Notes: generated by a model from the sequence alone, not told the origin. Positions 40,051-49,496 are shown, counted from the first letter of the stretch. The stretch is 64,000 nucleotides of DNA from an uncultured delta proteobacterium (GCA_963782055.1 CAWAIF010000003.1:6939165-7003164), one strand, 5' to 3'. Made by a program: numbers and translations.

Positions 40051-40282
40051 ACTTCACTCCATGGGGAGCGCGCCGCGCACCACGAGCTGCGCTGCCTTCG
40101 CCACGTGCGACGCCGATGCCGGCGCATTTGCCACGTGCGAGATCGCCGACACGCACGACTTCTACGTGACCTTCGGCAAGGTCCTCTGCGGCCCGTGACC
40201 CTGCCATCTGGATCATGGTGCGGTGTGCACGCCCGTTGGCGGTGGGACATGGGCGATGGGGACACAGGGGCGCCCCCGCAGA

Positions 40283-40297
40283 TGGCCCGGGCCTTGC
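40283..40297 (+). promoter_or_regulatory. Sigma-54 promoter; upstream direct repeats GCCACGTGCGA near 40100 and 40130
   Basis: TGGCCC-GGGCC-TTGC, 40 nt before ATG 40338. Confidence 0.6.
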
Positions 40298-40337
40298 TAC
40301 GCTCGTCCCGCCGGTCTTGGCTTCAGGAGGGATTTTG

Positions 40338-41054
40338 ATGCGTCACATCCGATTCGCCATCGTCACCGCGGTCGCCGCCCTGGCCGCTTGCTCCAGCGTC
40401 AAGTCATCCAGCGTCCGCACGTCGGGCATCAAGGCGTCCATCACCGTCAGCGCCGGCGGCACCGGCAGCAGCACCGCGAGCGCGCAGCTCTTCGTCGGCG
40501 ACAGCATCACCGACCGCGTCGACCTGAGCGCGGGCGACAGCCTCGTCGCCAGCTCCGGGGGCCAGTCGCACACCATGTCGCGCTCCAATGTGCTGGGCAT
40601 CATCAGCTACTCCGCCGGCTTCCCGGGCCTGGACCAGGGCGGCGAGGCGTTCACCATCGCGCTGCAGCGCGCGGGCGACGCCAGCGCGCCGAGCAGCACC
40701 GTCACCATGCCGCAGGCCTTCGCCGTGAGCGCGCCCGCGGGCGGCACGTCGTCCTCGCGCGGGGCGGATCTCACCGTGACCTACGCTCCGTCGGGTGGCG
40801 GCGACCCGATGAGCTGGCGCGCCACGGGCGACTGCATCACGCCGACGGGTTCGCAGGCGATCGCGGGGGACCCGGGCACCTTCACCATCCCCAGGGGCAC
40901 GCTGAAGAACGACGCACAGCACCCCGGCGCGACGTGCAACGTGACGGTGACGGTGTACCGCACGCGGCAGGGGCAACTCGACCCGGCGTACGGCTACGGC
41001 GGGAGCATCCTCGCGCAGCAGTCGCGCGACGTGCCGATCAGCTCGACGCCTTAG
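40338..41054 (+). CDS. Lipoprotein, hypothetical
   Basis: AGGAGG SD; lipobox LAAC. Confidence 0.85.
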   Translation: MRHIRFAIVTAVAALAACSSVKSSSVRTSGIKASITVSAGGTGSSTASAQLFVGDSITDRVDLSAGDSLVASSGGQSHTMSRSNVLGIISYSAGFPGLDQGGEAFTIALQRAGDASAPSSTVTMPQAFAVSAPAGGTSSSRGADLTVTYAPSGGGDPMSWRATGDCITPTGSQAIAGDPGTFTIPRGTLKNDAQHPGATCNVTVTVYRTRQGQLDPAYGYGGSILAQQSRDVPISSTP

Positions 41055-41107
41055 CGGGCACGGGCGCGTTCGTCGGCGGGCCTGGATGGGTGTACTAATG
41101 GCTCGCC

Positions 41108-42100
41108 ATGAGGCGAGACCGCAGGACGACGAAGCACCTTCTCCGGATGAGCGCAGCAGCGGCGGCCGCGCTGTGCGTCCACTGCGGCGGCGACGACTCC
41201 GCGACGCAGGTCGACGGCGGCGCCGAGGCCTCGGTGGACGCTTCGGTGGACGTGACGGCGGACGTGACGGCGGATGCGCCCTCCGACGCCGGATCGGACG
41301 CCGGCGCGTGCGACCGGAGCAAGCCCTTCGGCACGCCCGTCGCGCTGGCCGTCCCGCAGGGCTTCGCCGGGTTCCACGCGTCGATGACCGAAGACGAGCT
41401 CGAGCTCTTCTACCAGGCGACGCTGGACGGCGGGACGGGCACCTACGTCGCCACCGCGACGCGGGCGACGGCGGCGGACACCTTCGGGAGCGGGACGGCC
41501 GTCGGGGCGATCGACAGCTCCGCCGGGGCCGTGGAGCCTTCGGTCTCCGCGGACGGTCTCACGCTCTTCTTCTCGGCGGACGGGTTGCCGGTCGTCCAGG
41601 ACGGCGGCTGCTGCAGCTTCGAGCTGTACATGACGACGCGCGCGTCGCGGGCGGCGGCGTGGGGCACCCCGGTGCCGGTTCCGACCGTCGACACCGGCGC
41701 GGGCGAGCAGCAGGCCTTCCTGCGCGCCGACGGCAAGGCGCTCTACTTCACCTCCCGGCGCGACGATCCGAACGGAGACATCTACCGCTCGTCGGTGAGC
41801 GGCGGCGTGTTCGGCGCGCCGGTGGCGGTCACCGAGATCAACTCCGGCATGCTGGACGGCTTCCCCGCGGTGACGGAGGACGACCTGATCATCTTCTGGT
41901 CGTCGCACCGCACCGGGACGAACGGCGGTCCGGACATCTGGACGGCGTCGCGCGCGAGCACGGCGGACCCCTTCGGCAGCATCCGCAACGTGACCGAGCT
42001 CAACACGAGCGGCGGAGAGCTGGTCGCCGGCGTGTCCCCCGACGGGTGCCGGCTGTACTACTCGAGCGCGAACAAGCCGATGTACGCGGACCGGCAGTAG
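41108..42100 (+). CDS. PD40/TolB-like beta-propeller lipoprotein
   Basis: PSVSADGLTLFFS, LRADGKALYFTS, VSPDGCRLYYSS. Confidence 0.85.
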   Translation: MRRDRRTTKHLLRMSAAAAAALCVHCGGDDSATQVDGGAEASVDASVDVTADVTADAPSDAGSDAGACDRSKPFGTPVALAVPQGFAGFHASMTEDELELFYQATLDGGTGTYVATATRATAADTFGSGTAVGAIDSSAGAVEPSVSADGLTLFFSADGLPVVQDGGCCSFELYMTTRASRAAAWGTPVPVPTVDTGAGEQQAFLRADGKALYFTSRRDDPNGDIYRSSVSGGVFGAPVAVTEINSGMLDGFPAVTEDDLIIFWSSHRTGTNGGPDIWTASRASTADPFGSIRNVTELNTSGGELVAGVSPDGCRLYYSSANKPMYADRQ

Positions 42101-42114
42101 TCGCGGCCGGAGCG

Positions 42115-42912
42115 TCAGCCGGCCAGGTGCTCCGCGAGAAGCTCCGCCACCTCCGCGGGCTTCTCCACCTGCACCCAGTGGCCCGCGTCGGGGAAGCGAT
42201 GCACCGCGCCGCCGAGCGTGTCGGCGAAGCGCGGGGGGATGAAGGGATCGCGCTCACCCCAGAGGACGCGCGTCGGGACGCGCGCGGTCACCGCGCGCAG
42301 GCGATCGTCCCACCCGGCGAACGCCTCGGGGTTCATGGTGCGGTAGAGGGCGAGCACCGCGCGCTTCATGTGCGGCGTGACGTGCGCGTACGCCGTGCGC
42401 GCGTACGTCGCGGGGAGGCCGGGTGATCCGCGGCGCAGCTCCCTCGCGAAGAGCGGGTAGGTCGTGGCGGCCATGGCGATCTCGCCGAGGCCGCGGGTGC
42501 GCCACACGCGACCCCAGAAGTGCCAGCGGAAGTCGCGGGAGAAGACGGTGTTGAGCAGGGCGACGCGGCGCAGGCGCGCCTCATGCTCCGCGGCGAAGGC
42601 GCACGCGTAGAAGCCGCCGACGTCGTGGCCGACGAGCGCGACGGGTTCGGTGAGGTCGAGGGCGTCCAGCAGATCGGCGACGAAGCGCGCCTGGCCGGCG
42701 AGGGAGTAGTCGGCGTCCCGCGCCGGGATGGACCGGCCGAAGCCGGGGAGGTCGGGCGTGATGCAGCGGAAACGATCGGCGAGGCGATCGACGACGGGCT
42801 CCCACACCGCGGAGGAGTCGGGGTTGCCGTGCAGCAGCAGCACCGGCGCGCCCCCGCCCCGCTCGGTGACGTGCACGCGCTGCCCGCGCAGGTCGAGATC
42901 GGTGTTCGGCAT
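42115..42912 (-). CDS. Alpha/beta fold hydrolase
   Basis: LLHGNPD, PDLPGFG, GHDVGG, WGERD, GHW. Confidence 0.9.
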   Translation of the reverse strand: MPNTDLDLRGQRVHVTERGGGAPVLLLHGNPDSSAVWEPVVDRLADRFRCITPDLPGFGRSIPARDADYSLAGQARFVADLLDALDLTEPVALVGHDVGGFYACAFAAEHEARLRRVALLNTVFSRDFRWHFWGRVWRTRGLGEIAMAATTYPLFARELRRGSPGLPATYARTAYAHVTPHMKRAVLALYRTMNPEAFAGWDDRLRAVTARVPTRVLWGERDPFIPPRFADTLGGAVHRFPDAGHWVQVEKPAEVAELLAEHLAG

Positions 42913-43012
42913 CGCCTGGAGGCTCTCCGGGGAGGCGCCCCGCGTCGAGTGGAAAGGCGCTCCAGGGGACGCTCCCTTGTACCCGGCGCCAAAAGGGCCT
43001 CTGATGCGACGC

Positions 43013-43498
43013 ATGGCGATGGCGACGTACGTGCAGATGGTGACCGACGAGGAGATCGCGGCGCTGAGAGCGGACCCCGCGTCGATCCACGGGCTGGACA
43101 AGCCGGAGGATCAGTCCTTTCGCACGTACTACGCGTGCTGCATCAGCTACTTCCTGACCGGCGACCCGTACCCGAGCCGGTCCCCGCTCGCGCCGATGCT
43201 CTCCGGCGCCGAGAGCGTCGAGACGTCGACGCTGGAGAACGGCAGCTTCGGCGTCGTCCCGGCGAAGACGGCCGCCGCCGTCGCGCGGGAGCTGGCGAAG
43301 GTCGACATGAAGAAGCTGCGCGCCCGCATCGCCAAGGCCGACCTCTCCGAGCTGGTGGACGAGGAGGTGGACGACGCCGAGGTGCTCTCCGAGGCCGAGG
43401 ACCCGGTCGCCGAGCTGATGCAGGACGTGGAGGAGCTCGCGAGCTTCTACGCCCGCGCGGCGGAGATGAAGCTCGGCGTCGCGATGTACACGACCTGA
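43013..43498 (+). CDS. DUF1877/YfbM-like protein
   Basis: Acidic protein; ISYFLTG...ELASFYARAA. Confidence 0.7.
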   Translation: MAMATYVQMVTDEEIAALRADPASIHGLDKPEDQSFRTYYACCISYFLTGDPYPSRSPLAPMLSGAESVETSTLENGSFGVVPAKTAAAVARELAKVDMKKLRARIAKADLSELVDEEVDDAEVLSEAEDPVAELMQDVEELASFYARAAEMKLGVAMYTT

Positions 43499-43504
43499 TC
43501 GCCC

Positions 43505-44767
43505 GTGCACGTCGTCCTCGCCACCGTCGGCACCCGCGGGGACGTCCAGCCCTTCGTCGCCCTCGGCGCCGGCCTGCTCGCGCGCGGGCACCGCGTCACC
43601 GTCGCCACGCACGAGGACTACGAGCCCTTCGTCACCGCGCACGGCCCCGCCTTCCGCCCCATCGGCGCGAGCTTCCAGCGCATCCTGGAGTCGCCCGCGG
43701 GCCGCGCGTGGATCGCCGCGGGCGACTCCCCGCTGCGCGCGCTGCGCCTCGCGCGCGAGGTCTTCGGCGCGGTGCTCGCGCCTTGGTTCGAGGGCGCGTA
43801 CGCCGCCGCGGCCGACGCCGACGCGGTGCTGCTTCACCCGTTCGCGCCCGGCGCGCTGTACGCCGCGGAGAAGCGCGGCGTGCCCAGGGTGGTGCTCGCG
43901 CCCTCGCCGGCGGTGCCCACCGCGGAGATCGAGCCGCTCTTCTTCCCGCGCGCGCCGCGCTGGACGCGGCGGCTCGTCTGGAGGCTGATGCTCCGCGGGC
44001 TGAGCGACATCTACGGCCCGTACCTCTTGCAGAAGCGCGCGGAGCTGGGACTGCCGCCGCTCGCGTCGCGCAACGTCTTCGCGGAGATCATCGCGCGCAC
44101 GCCGGTGGTCGGGCTCTACAGCCCGGCGCTCGTGCCCACGCCGGGCGACTGGCCCGCGCACGTCACCACGACGGGCTTCTGCTTCGTCGCTCGCTCGCCG
44201 GACTGGAAGCCGCCGGAGGCGCTGGAGCGCTTCCTCGCCGCCGGCCCGAGGCCGGTGTACGTGGGCTTCGGGAGCATGACCGGCGTCGACCCGGAGGCGC
44301 TCACGCACCTGACGACGGAGGCGCTCGGGCGCGCGAAGCTGCGCGCGGTGATCGCGACGGGGTGGGGCGGCGTGCGCGGCGCGGATCTCGGGGAGGACGC
44401 GTTCGTGGTGGAGAGCGTGCCGCACGACTGGCTCTTTCCGCGCGTCGCCGGGGCGGTGCATCACGGCGGGGCGGGCACCACGGCGGCGAGCCTGCGCGCG
44501 GGGGTGCCCACGCTGGTGGTCGCCTTCACCGCCGACCAGCCCTTCTGGGGCCGGCGCGTGGCGGCGGCGGGCGCCGGACCGATGCCGCTCATGCGCAAGG
44601 GGCTGCGCGCGGAGGCGCTGGCCGCACGGCTCGCCGATCTGGTGGGCAACGCGGGCTACGTGGCGGGGGCGCGGCGCATGGCGGAGGCGATCGCCGCGGA
44701 GGACGGCGTGCGCAGCGCGGTGGAGCGCATCGAGTCCATCGTCGTCGAGAGTCCACCGTCCGCCTGA
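43505..44767 (+). CDS. Family 1 glycosyltransferase (sterol GT-like)
   Basis: GTRGDVQP, YVGFGSM, VPHDWLFPR, HHGGAGT, DQPFWG. Confidence 0.92.
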   Translation: MHVVLATVGTRGDVQPFVALGAGLLARGHRVTVATHEDYEPFVTAHGPAFRPIGASFQRILESPAGRAWIAAGDSPLRALRLAREVFGAVLAPWFEGAYAAAADADAVLLHPFAPGALYAAEKRGVPRVVLAPSPAVPTAEIEPLFFPRAPRWTRRLVWRLMLRGLSDIYGPYLLQKRAELGLPPLASRNVFAEIIARTPVVGLYSPALVPTPGDWPAHVTTTGFCFVARSPDWKPPEALERFLAAGPRPVYVGFGSMTGVDPEALTHLTTEALGRAKLRAVIATGWGGVRGADLGEDAFVVESVPHDWLFPRVAGAVHHGGAGTTAASLRAGVPTLVVAFTADQPFWGRRVAAAGAGPMPLMRKGLRAEALAARLADLVGNAGYVAGARRMAEAIAAEDGVRSAVERIESIVVESPPSA

Positions 44768-44810
44768 CTCGCCGCGCGTGACTCGAGCTCACCGCGCCTC
44801 GCGGAGCCGG

Positions 44811-45068
44811 TCACCCCGGCTCGTCCGTCCACCCGTCCACGCCCAGCGGATTGAAGACGATCTCCTGGAGCGCTTGATCCAGCATGCCGAGGAAGGGCTC
44901 GGCCACGCGCAACGCGAAGAGCTTCCGCGCGTCGGCGAGTGGCTCCGCCAGCACGCGCGCGCGCTCGTGCACGGGTGCGCGCTCCACGGCCTCCTTGTTG
45001 TAGAGGTACACGTCCCTGGCGATCGCCTGCGCGAGCTGCCGCGCGCTGTGAGGATTGTCGATCCGCAT
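44811..45068 (-). CDS. Small hypothetical protein, host gene of the group II intron
   Basis: 85 aa MRIDNPHSARQLAQAIARDVYLYN...; its ATG coincides with the intron 3' end. Confidence 0.75.
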   Translation of the reverse strand: MRIDNPHSARQLAQAIARDVYLYNKEAVERAPVHERARVLAEPLADARKLFALRVAEPFLGMLDQALQEIVFNPLGVDGWTDEPG

Positions 45069-47102
45069 TGGTAGATCCTTACACCTTGGCCGCCCTACGG
45101 CGGCGGTTGGAGTCAAGACCCCCTCTCAAACCGTGCGTGCGGATTTCCCGCACACGGCTTACCGGTGGTCTCTCGTGACGCGGCATTACGCGGCCTCCGG
45201 GTAGCGGATGGTCCCGCGCAGGCGGTGGAGCCCGAAGCCTTCGACGAAGTAGTCGCGGGTCCAGCGCTCGGCTTGTCCGGCCTTGAGCTTCGAGCCGGCC
45301 CGTTTCAGGCGCAGCGCTCGAAGCCGTTCGTACACGTACTCGTCGAGTCGGTTGAACTTCACGTCGGCGTTCCCGGTGCGAAAGTACTCGCCCCAGCCAC
45401 GCAGCACGGGGTTGAGCTGCGCGACGACGTCGCGCAGGTCCGCGTGGCAGCGTGATCGCGGGGTGAGGTCCCTCACGCGCTGCCGGATCCGCTTCATCGC
45501 GCGAGCCGATGGCCAGCGCTGGAGGAAGTACACGCGTTTGCGCGACCTCTCCCAGATGGACCCGCTCAAGCGTTTCCGCAGGTGGCAGCCGAGGAAGTCG
45601 AACCCCTTCTTACCCCAGGAGAGGTCCAGCTTCCTCGTCTTGTCCGGGTGCAGCTCGAGCCCGAGTCGCGTCATCACGTGCTTCACGCGAAGCTCGGCCT
45701 CGTCGACGTCACGCTTCGTCCTGCACATCACGACGAAGTCGTCCGCATAACGAACCAGCTCGCCAAGATGCGCGCACCGCTTCGTCCACACGTCGTCGAG
45801 CACGGCGAGGTAGATGTTCGAGAGCAGCGGCGAGATCACCCCGCCCTGCGGCGTGCCGCTGGAGGGGTTGGTCACCGTGCCTTCGTCCATCACCCCCGCC
45901 GTGAGCCACTGCCGCAGCAGCTTGAGCACCCTCCGGTCCGAGATGCGCCGCTCGACGAGCTTCATCAGCTTGTCGTGATCGATGCTCCCGAAGTAGTCAC
46001 GGATGTCGGCGTCGAGCACGTGGTTGTACCCCTTCGCGCCGAGCTTCCTCAGCGTCTCCAGGGCGTCCGTCGCGCTCCGCCCGATACGGAAGCCGTACGA
46101 GCACGAGCGAAAGCTCGCCTCGAAGATCGGCTCCAGCACGAGCTTCGTCGCCATCTGCACCACCCGGTCTCGGACCGTCGGGATCCCAAGCGGCCGCTTC
46201 TTCCCATCGGCCTTCGGGATGTACCGGCGCAGCACCGCTGCCGGCCGGTACCTGCCTGCACGGAGCACGTCATGGATCTCTCCGAGGAGTCGATCCACTC
46301 CGTACACCTCGAGCGCCGCGATCGTCTGGGCATCGACGCCCGCGGCTCCCTTGTTCCTCCTTACCCGCTTCCACGCTTCCGCGAGGACGTCACGCCTCGC
46401 GATGCGGTCATACAGCGCGTGGAATCGGCGCTCCGGATGCCGCTTGGCCGCGGCACACAGCCGGCGTTGCAGTTGTCGCACTTTGTCCATGGGCTGTCGC
46501 CGATGGGGGTGGTTGGGACCGGTCTCGCCGGCCATGCCCTCGCGCTTACCTGCTCCGCCGACACGACCACTGCAGGGGTCTTTCCCTCCTGCCGCGTTGT
46601 TCTTCACGGCGTTCGTTCGCGAAGCTCGCGCCTCGCTCTTCGGTACAGTGACCCCCTCGGACTCCCGCTGCGCAGCGGCCGACTTCGCCTCTGGCTTATA
46701 CGACGCGCCTTGCCCCGACGAGGGCGACGCAGACGGGCCTCCCGAGTTCCGCACTCCTCCTTGCACGCGTGCTGCGCTCCCTACCCCGCCGGGACCGACG
46801 GCGCGTTTCGGATCTGGCGCCGCCGATATTGCCTTCGCCGCGACATGATCGGCTCGGCTCCCGGTTTGTAGATCTGACGAGGCTGCAAGCTTCACTTCAT
46901 GTTGCGGCCCGCGTGCTCGCTCGGTCCGTGGACCCTTTCGACGCCCCGCTCGGCCGACGGGATCTCTCCCGCTCGGCTGGGGCCTGCTACCCGGCGCTCC
47001 GACGCTTACCGGTGCGGGACTCTCACCCGCTGGAGAAGCGCAGCTTGAGGCAGGTCGTTCGTCGGGCATGCCCGACGGACGACCTGCTTCTTCACGGCGC
47101 AC
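45066..47102 (-). mobile_element. Group II intron (ribozyme + RT ORF)
   Basis: 5' GTGCG at 47102; domain V AGCCGTGTGCGGGAAATCCGCACGCACGGTT followed by GAGAGGGG; domain VI ending CTACCAAT(G). The 3' boundary is uncertain by 1 nt. Confidence 0.9.
45186..46535 (-). CDS. ltrA: Group II intron reverse transcriptase/maturase, no endonuclease domain
   Basis: RPLGIPTVRDRVVQ, GTPQGGVISPLLSNIYL, RYADDFVV, FDFLG, maturase LNPVLRGWGEYF. Start 46535 or 46490. Confidence 0.93.
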   Translation of the reverse strand: MAGETGPNHPHRRQPMDKVRQLQRRLCAAAKRHPERRFHALYDRIARRDVLAEAWKRVRRNKGAAGVDAQTIAALEVYGVDRLLGEIHDVLRAGRYRPAAVLRRYIPKADGKKRPLGIPTVRDRVVQMATKLVLEPIFEASFRSCSYGFRIGRSATDALETLRKLGAKGYNHVLDADIRDYFGSIDHDKLMKLVERRISDRRVLKLLRQWLTAGVMDEGTVTNPSSGTPQGGVISPLLSNIYLAVLDDVWTKRCAHLGELVRYADDFVVMCRTKRDVDEAELRVKHVMTRLGLELHPDKTRKLDLSWGKKGFDFLGCHLRKRLSGSIWERSRKRVYFLQRWPSARAMKRIRQRVRDLTPRSRCHADLRDVVAQLNPVLRGWGEYFRTGNADVKFNRLDEYVYERLRALRLKRAGSKLKAGQAERWTRDYFVEGFGLHRLRGTIRYPEAA

Positions 47103-47139
47103 CATGCCCCCACGGTACCAGCAGGCCAGCGCCGGTGGC

Positions 47140-47235
47140 GATCGAAGCCACGGCCTCGAGGCCTTCGTCGTCCAGCGCGAGCTCGGCAAGGTCCTGGGGT
47201 CCAGTCAGGGCTACGAGCTACCCACGGGGGACGGC
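47140..47235 (+). pseudogene. Uma2 internal remnant
   Basis: FVVQRELGKVLGSSQGYELPTGD resembles the Uma2 core segment. Confidence 0.5.
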
Positions 47236-47267
47236 AGGCCATGCGTGCCGTGTGGTACGCTCGTCCC

Positions 47268-47501
47268 ATGACGCCCGAGGAACGTCGACAGCGAAGGCGC
47301 GCGACGTGGCGAGGGGGCGTGGCCCGGTCGTTCGCCGAGATGGAGCGCGCCGATCTCGACTTCTGGCTGGCGATGACACCCGAGGCGCGCCTCCGTGCGA
47401 TGTGGTCCATCGTCGAAGACACGCTCGCGCTGCGAGGAGAGCATGGACCTCCACCCCGACTTCAGAGATCTGCTGGCGGAGCTCGTCCAAGAAAAGGTTG
47501 A
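47268..47501 (+). CDS. Small putative antitoxin, pair 5
   Basis: DLDFWLAMTPEARL...PRLQRS; paralogous to 25971. Confidence 0.75.
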   Translation: MTPEERRQRRRATWRGGVARSFAEMERADLDFWLAMTPEARLRAMWSIVEDTLALRGEHGPPPRLQRSAGGARPRKG

Positions 47502-47900
47502 GTTCGTCGTCATCGGTGGGTACGCCGTCGGCCGCCACGCCAAGCCGAGGGCGACGAAGGACCTCGACGTCCTGGTCTCGGGCACGAACGCAAACCTGCA
47601 ACGCGTGGCTCGCGCGCTGGAACGCTTCGGCGCCCCCCCCGACGTCGTGCGCGCGGCGCGCGCCATGGCGAAGGACGAGGTCGTGTACCTTGGCCGGGAG
47701 CCGTGCGCATCGGCATCCTGCGAACGGCGGACGGCATCGACACCGACGCCGTGATCGCGCGCGGGGTCCTCACCCGCGTCGGCGATCTGGACGTGCCGAT
47801 CAGCGCGCTCGACGATCTCATCGCGAACAAGAAGGCATCCGGGCGCCCGCAGGATCTGGCGGACGTCTCCGTGCTGGAGCGAGTGAAGGCGTCCGGGTGA
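47443..47900 (+). pseudogene. Nucleotidyltransferase, pair 5, frameshift near 47700
   Basis: VIGGYAVGRHAKPRATKDLD, then LIANKKASGRPQDLAD in another frame. Confidence 0.8.
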
Positions 47901-47914
47901 CGCGAGCGGCCCCC

Positions 47915-48583
47915 TCACAGCCACGCGTACGCGCGCCGCATCGCCTCGTGCCCGCCGGCGTCCAGCATCCCGCCGTGCGAGAGCACCACGCCGTCGAAGT
48001 CCCACTCCAGGATCCGGTCCGCCTGACGCCTCGCCACCCGCCTGTCGCGGACCATGAAGCGCTCCAGGTGCCCGATCCCCGGCGCGGTGTTGCCCATCGC
48101 GCGCGCCCAGATCCGCGTCGTCAGGTCGGGGTGGCGTGAGAGGTTGAGCATCGCGTCGGCGCAGATCATCACCCGTCGCCGCGGCAGGTGGAAGACGACC
48201 TCGTTCTCCCGGCGCGCGGAGAAGTAGACCTGGTCCAGCTCGCCCGCCCACGCGGGGTGCGGCTGATCGCCCAGCACGCACGTGAAGGCGAGGTCCGGCC
48301 GCTTCCACTCCAGCCCCGGGCACGCGGCGAAGACCGCGCGCGGGTACGCGTCCATCCACGCGCCGACGTGCAGGTGGTGGAAGAGGCTGGGCGCGACCAC
48401 CGCGCGCACCTCGCCGAGGGCGTCCACCTCGCGGCGCGTCTCCGCGTCCAGCCCGACGGGCGAGTGCACGAAGAGCCCGCCGCCGGACATGCGCACGACG
48501 GTCATGCGCGAGCCGGTCTCCAGCCCCCAGAAGCGCGCGCGGCGCGTGTCGGTCCAGACGTCGTCGACGAAGCGGGTGAGCAT
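47915..48583 (-). CDS. DUF4336 domain protein
   Basis: RMTVVR..GGLFVHSPV, APSLFHHL, EVVFH, WDFD...HG. Confidence 0.85.
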   Translation of the reverse strand: MLTRFVDDVWTDTRRARFWGLETGSRMTVVRMSGGGLFVHSPVGLDAETRREVDALGEVRAVVAPSLFHHLHVGAWMDAYPRAVFAACPGLEWKRPDLAFTCVLGDQPHPAWAGELDQVYFSARRENEVVFHLPRRRVMICADAMLNLSRHPDLTTRIWARAMGNTAPGIGHLERFMVRDRRVARRQADRILEWDFDGVVLSHGGMLDAGGHEAMRRAYAWL

Positions 48584-48588
48584 CGGGG

Positions 48589-49065
48589 CTACGGCGTGAA
48601 GGTCAGGCAGATGCCGCCGTTGCTGGTGAAGTTGGTGCAGTGCACCTGCGGCGCGCCGCCGTCCAACCCGATCTGCGTCGCCTTGCCGTCCTCCGTCTTC
48701 GTCACGTTGGAGGCGCAGCCGCAGCCGGGGAAGTGCGCTTCCCACGCCTTCTCGCAGGCGTCGAACTGCGCGGAGGAGGACTTGCTCACGCCGACGTAGA
48801 GGATGGTGCCGCAGCAGTCGGTCTCCTCCTGCTTCATGACGCAGTCGGCGCTGGACTGGCAGGTCTTGAGGGAGCCATCGAGCTGCCCCTTGTCATCCAT
48901 GCACGCCAGGTAAGCCGGCGCGTCGGTGGGCGCATCGAGCGACGAGTCCTGCCCGGGCGTGCCGTCGATGGACGCGTCGGCGCCGCCGTCACCGGGGTCG
49001 ACCGTGGTGCCCCCGCAGGCGAGCAGGAGGAGCGGGGCGAGGTAGGCAAGTCGGGAGACAGTCAT
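48589..49065 (-). CDS. Cys-rich lipoprotein
   Basis: Lipobox LLAC; multiple cysteines. Confidence 0.8.
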   Translation of the reverse strand: MTVSRLAYLAPLLLLACGGTTVDPGDGGADASIDGTPGQDSSLDAPTDAPAYLACMDDKGQLDGSLKTCQSSADCVMKQEETDCCGTILYVGVSKSSSAQFDACEKAWEAHFPGCGCASNVTKTEDGKATQIGLDGGAPQVHCTNFTSNGGICLTFTP

Positions 49066-49140
49066 GGCGGACTCCGAAGGAAGTGGGAGGGACACGAGGA
49101 GGATATGACCTTGTCCCGTGCGCCGGTCAACGCGGGCGCC

Positions 49141-49428
49141 TCACCCCTTCCCGAACGCCTCCCTCAGCTCCCCCTTCGCCTTCTCCAGCACCTCCCTCCG
49201 CTCCCGCGTCAGCTTCCTCCCCGCCCGGTTCATGTAGAACACCAGCATCGACAGCGCCGCCCGGTACGGGTCCGCCTTCCTCCTCCGGCTCCGCAGCGCC
49301 GACCTCTTCAGCGACGCCGCGATGCGCGCCGGGTCCTCCCACGTGAACACCCCCGGCTCCAGGTCGAGCGCGTTGCTCGTCTCGGTGACGTGCTGCGACC
49401 AGCGATTGGTGGCGTGCGCGTGAGCCAT
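49141..49428 (-). CDS. DUF3175 domain protein
   Basis: WSQHVTETSNALDLEPGVF...SMLVFYMNRAG. Confidence 0.88.
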   Translation of the reverse strand: MAHAHATNRWSQHVTETSNALDLEPGVFTWEDPARIAASLKRSALRSRRRKADPYRAALSMLVFYMNRAGRKLTRERREVLEKAKGELREAFGKG

Positions 49429-49496
49429 GCGCGCAGCAGAAGCAACGCTAGGGCCAGGACGCACCGCGGCGCGATCGACACACGAATGAGGCGGCA

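Noticed and set aside
35543..47102. Diversity-generating retroelement (Avd-like gene + RT)
   Set aside because: The RT is a typical group II intron protein (YADD, maturase, domains V/VI) about 8.5 kb from the four-helix-bundle genes, and no TR/VR pair was found.
46536..47189. N-terminal 218 aa of the 667-aa RT ORF
   Set aside because: This is ribozyme sequence that is open by chance and extends past the intron 5' end.
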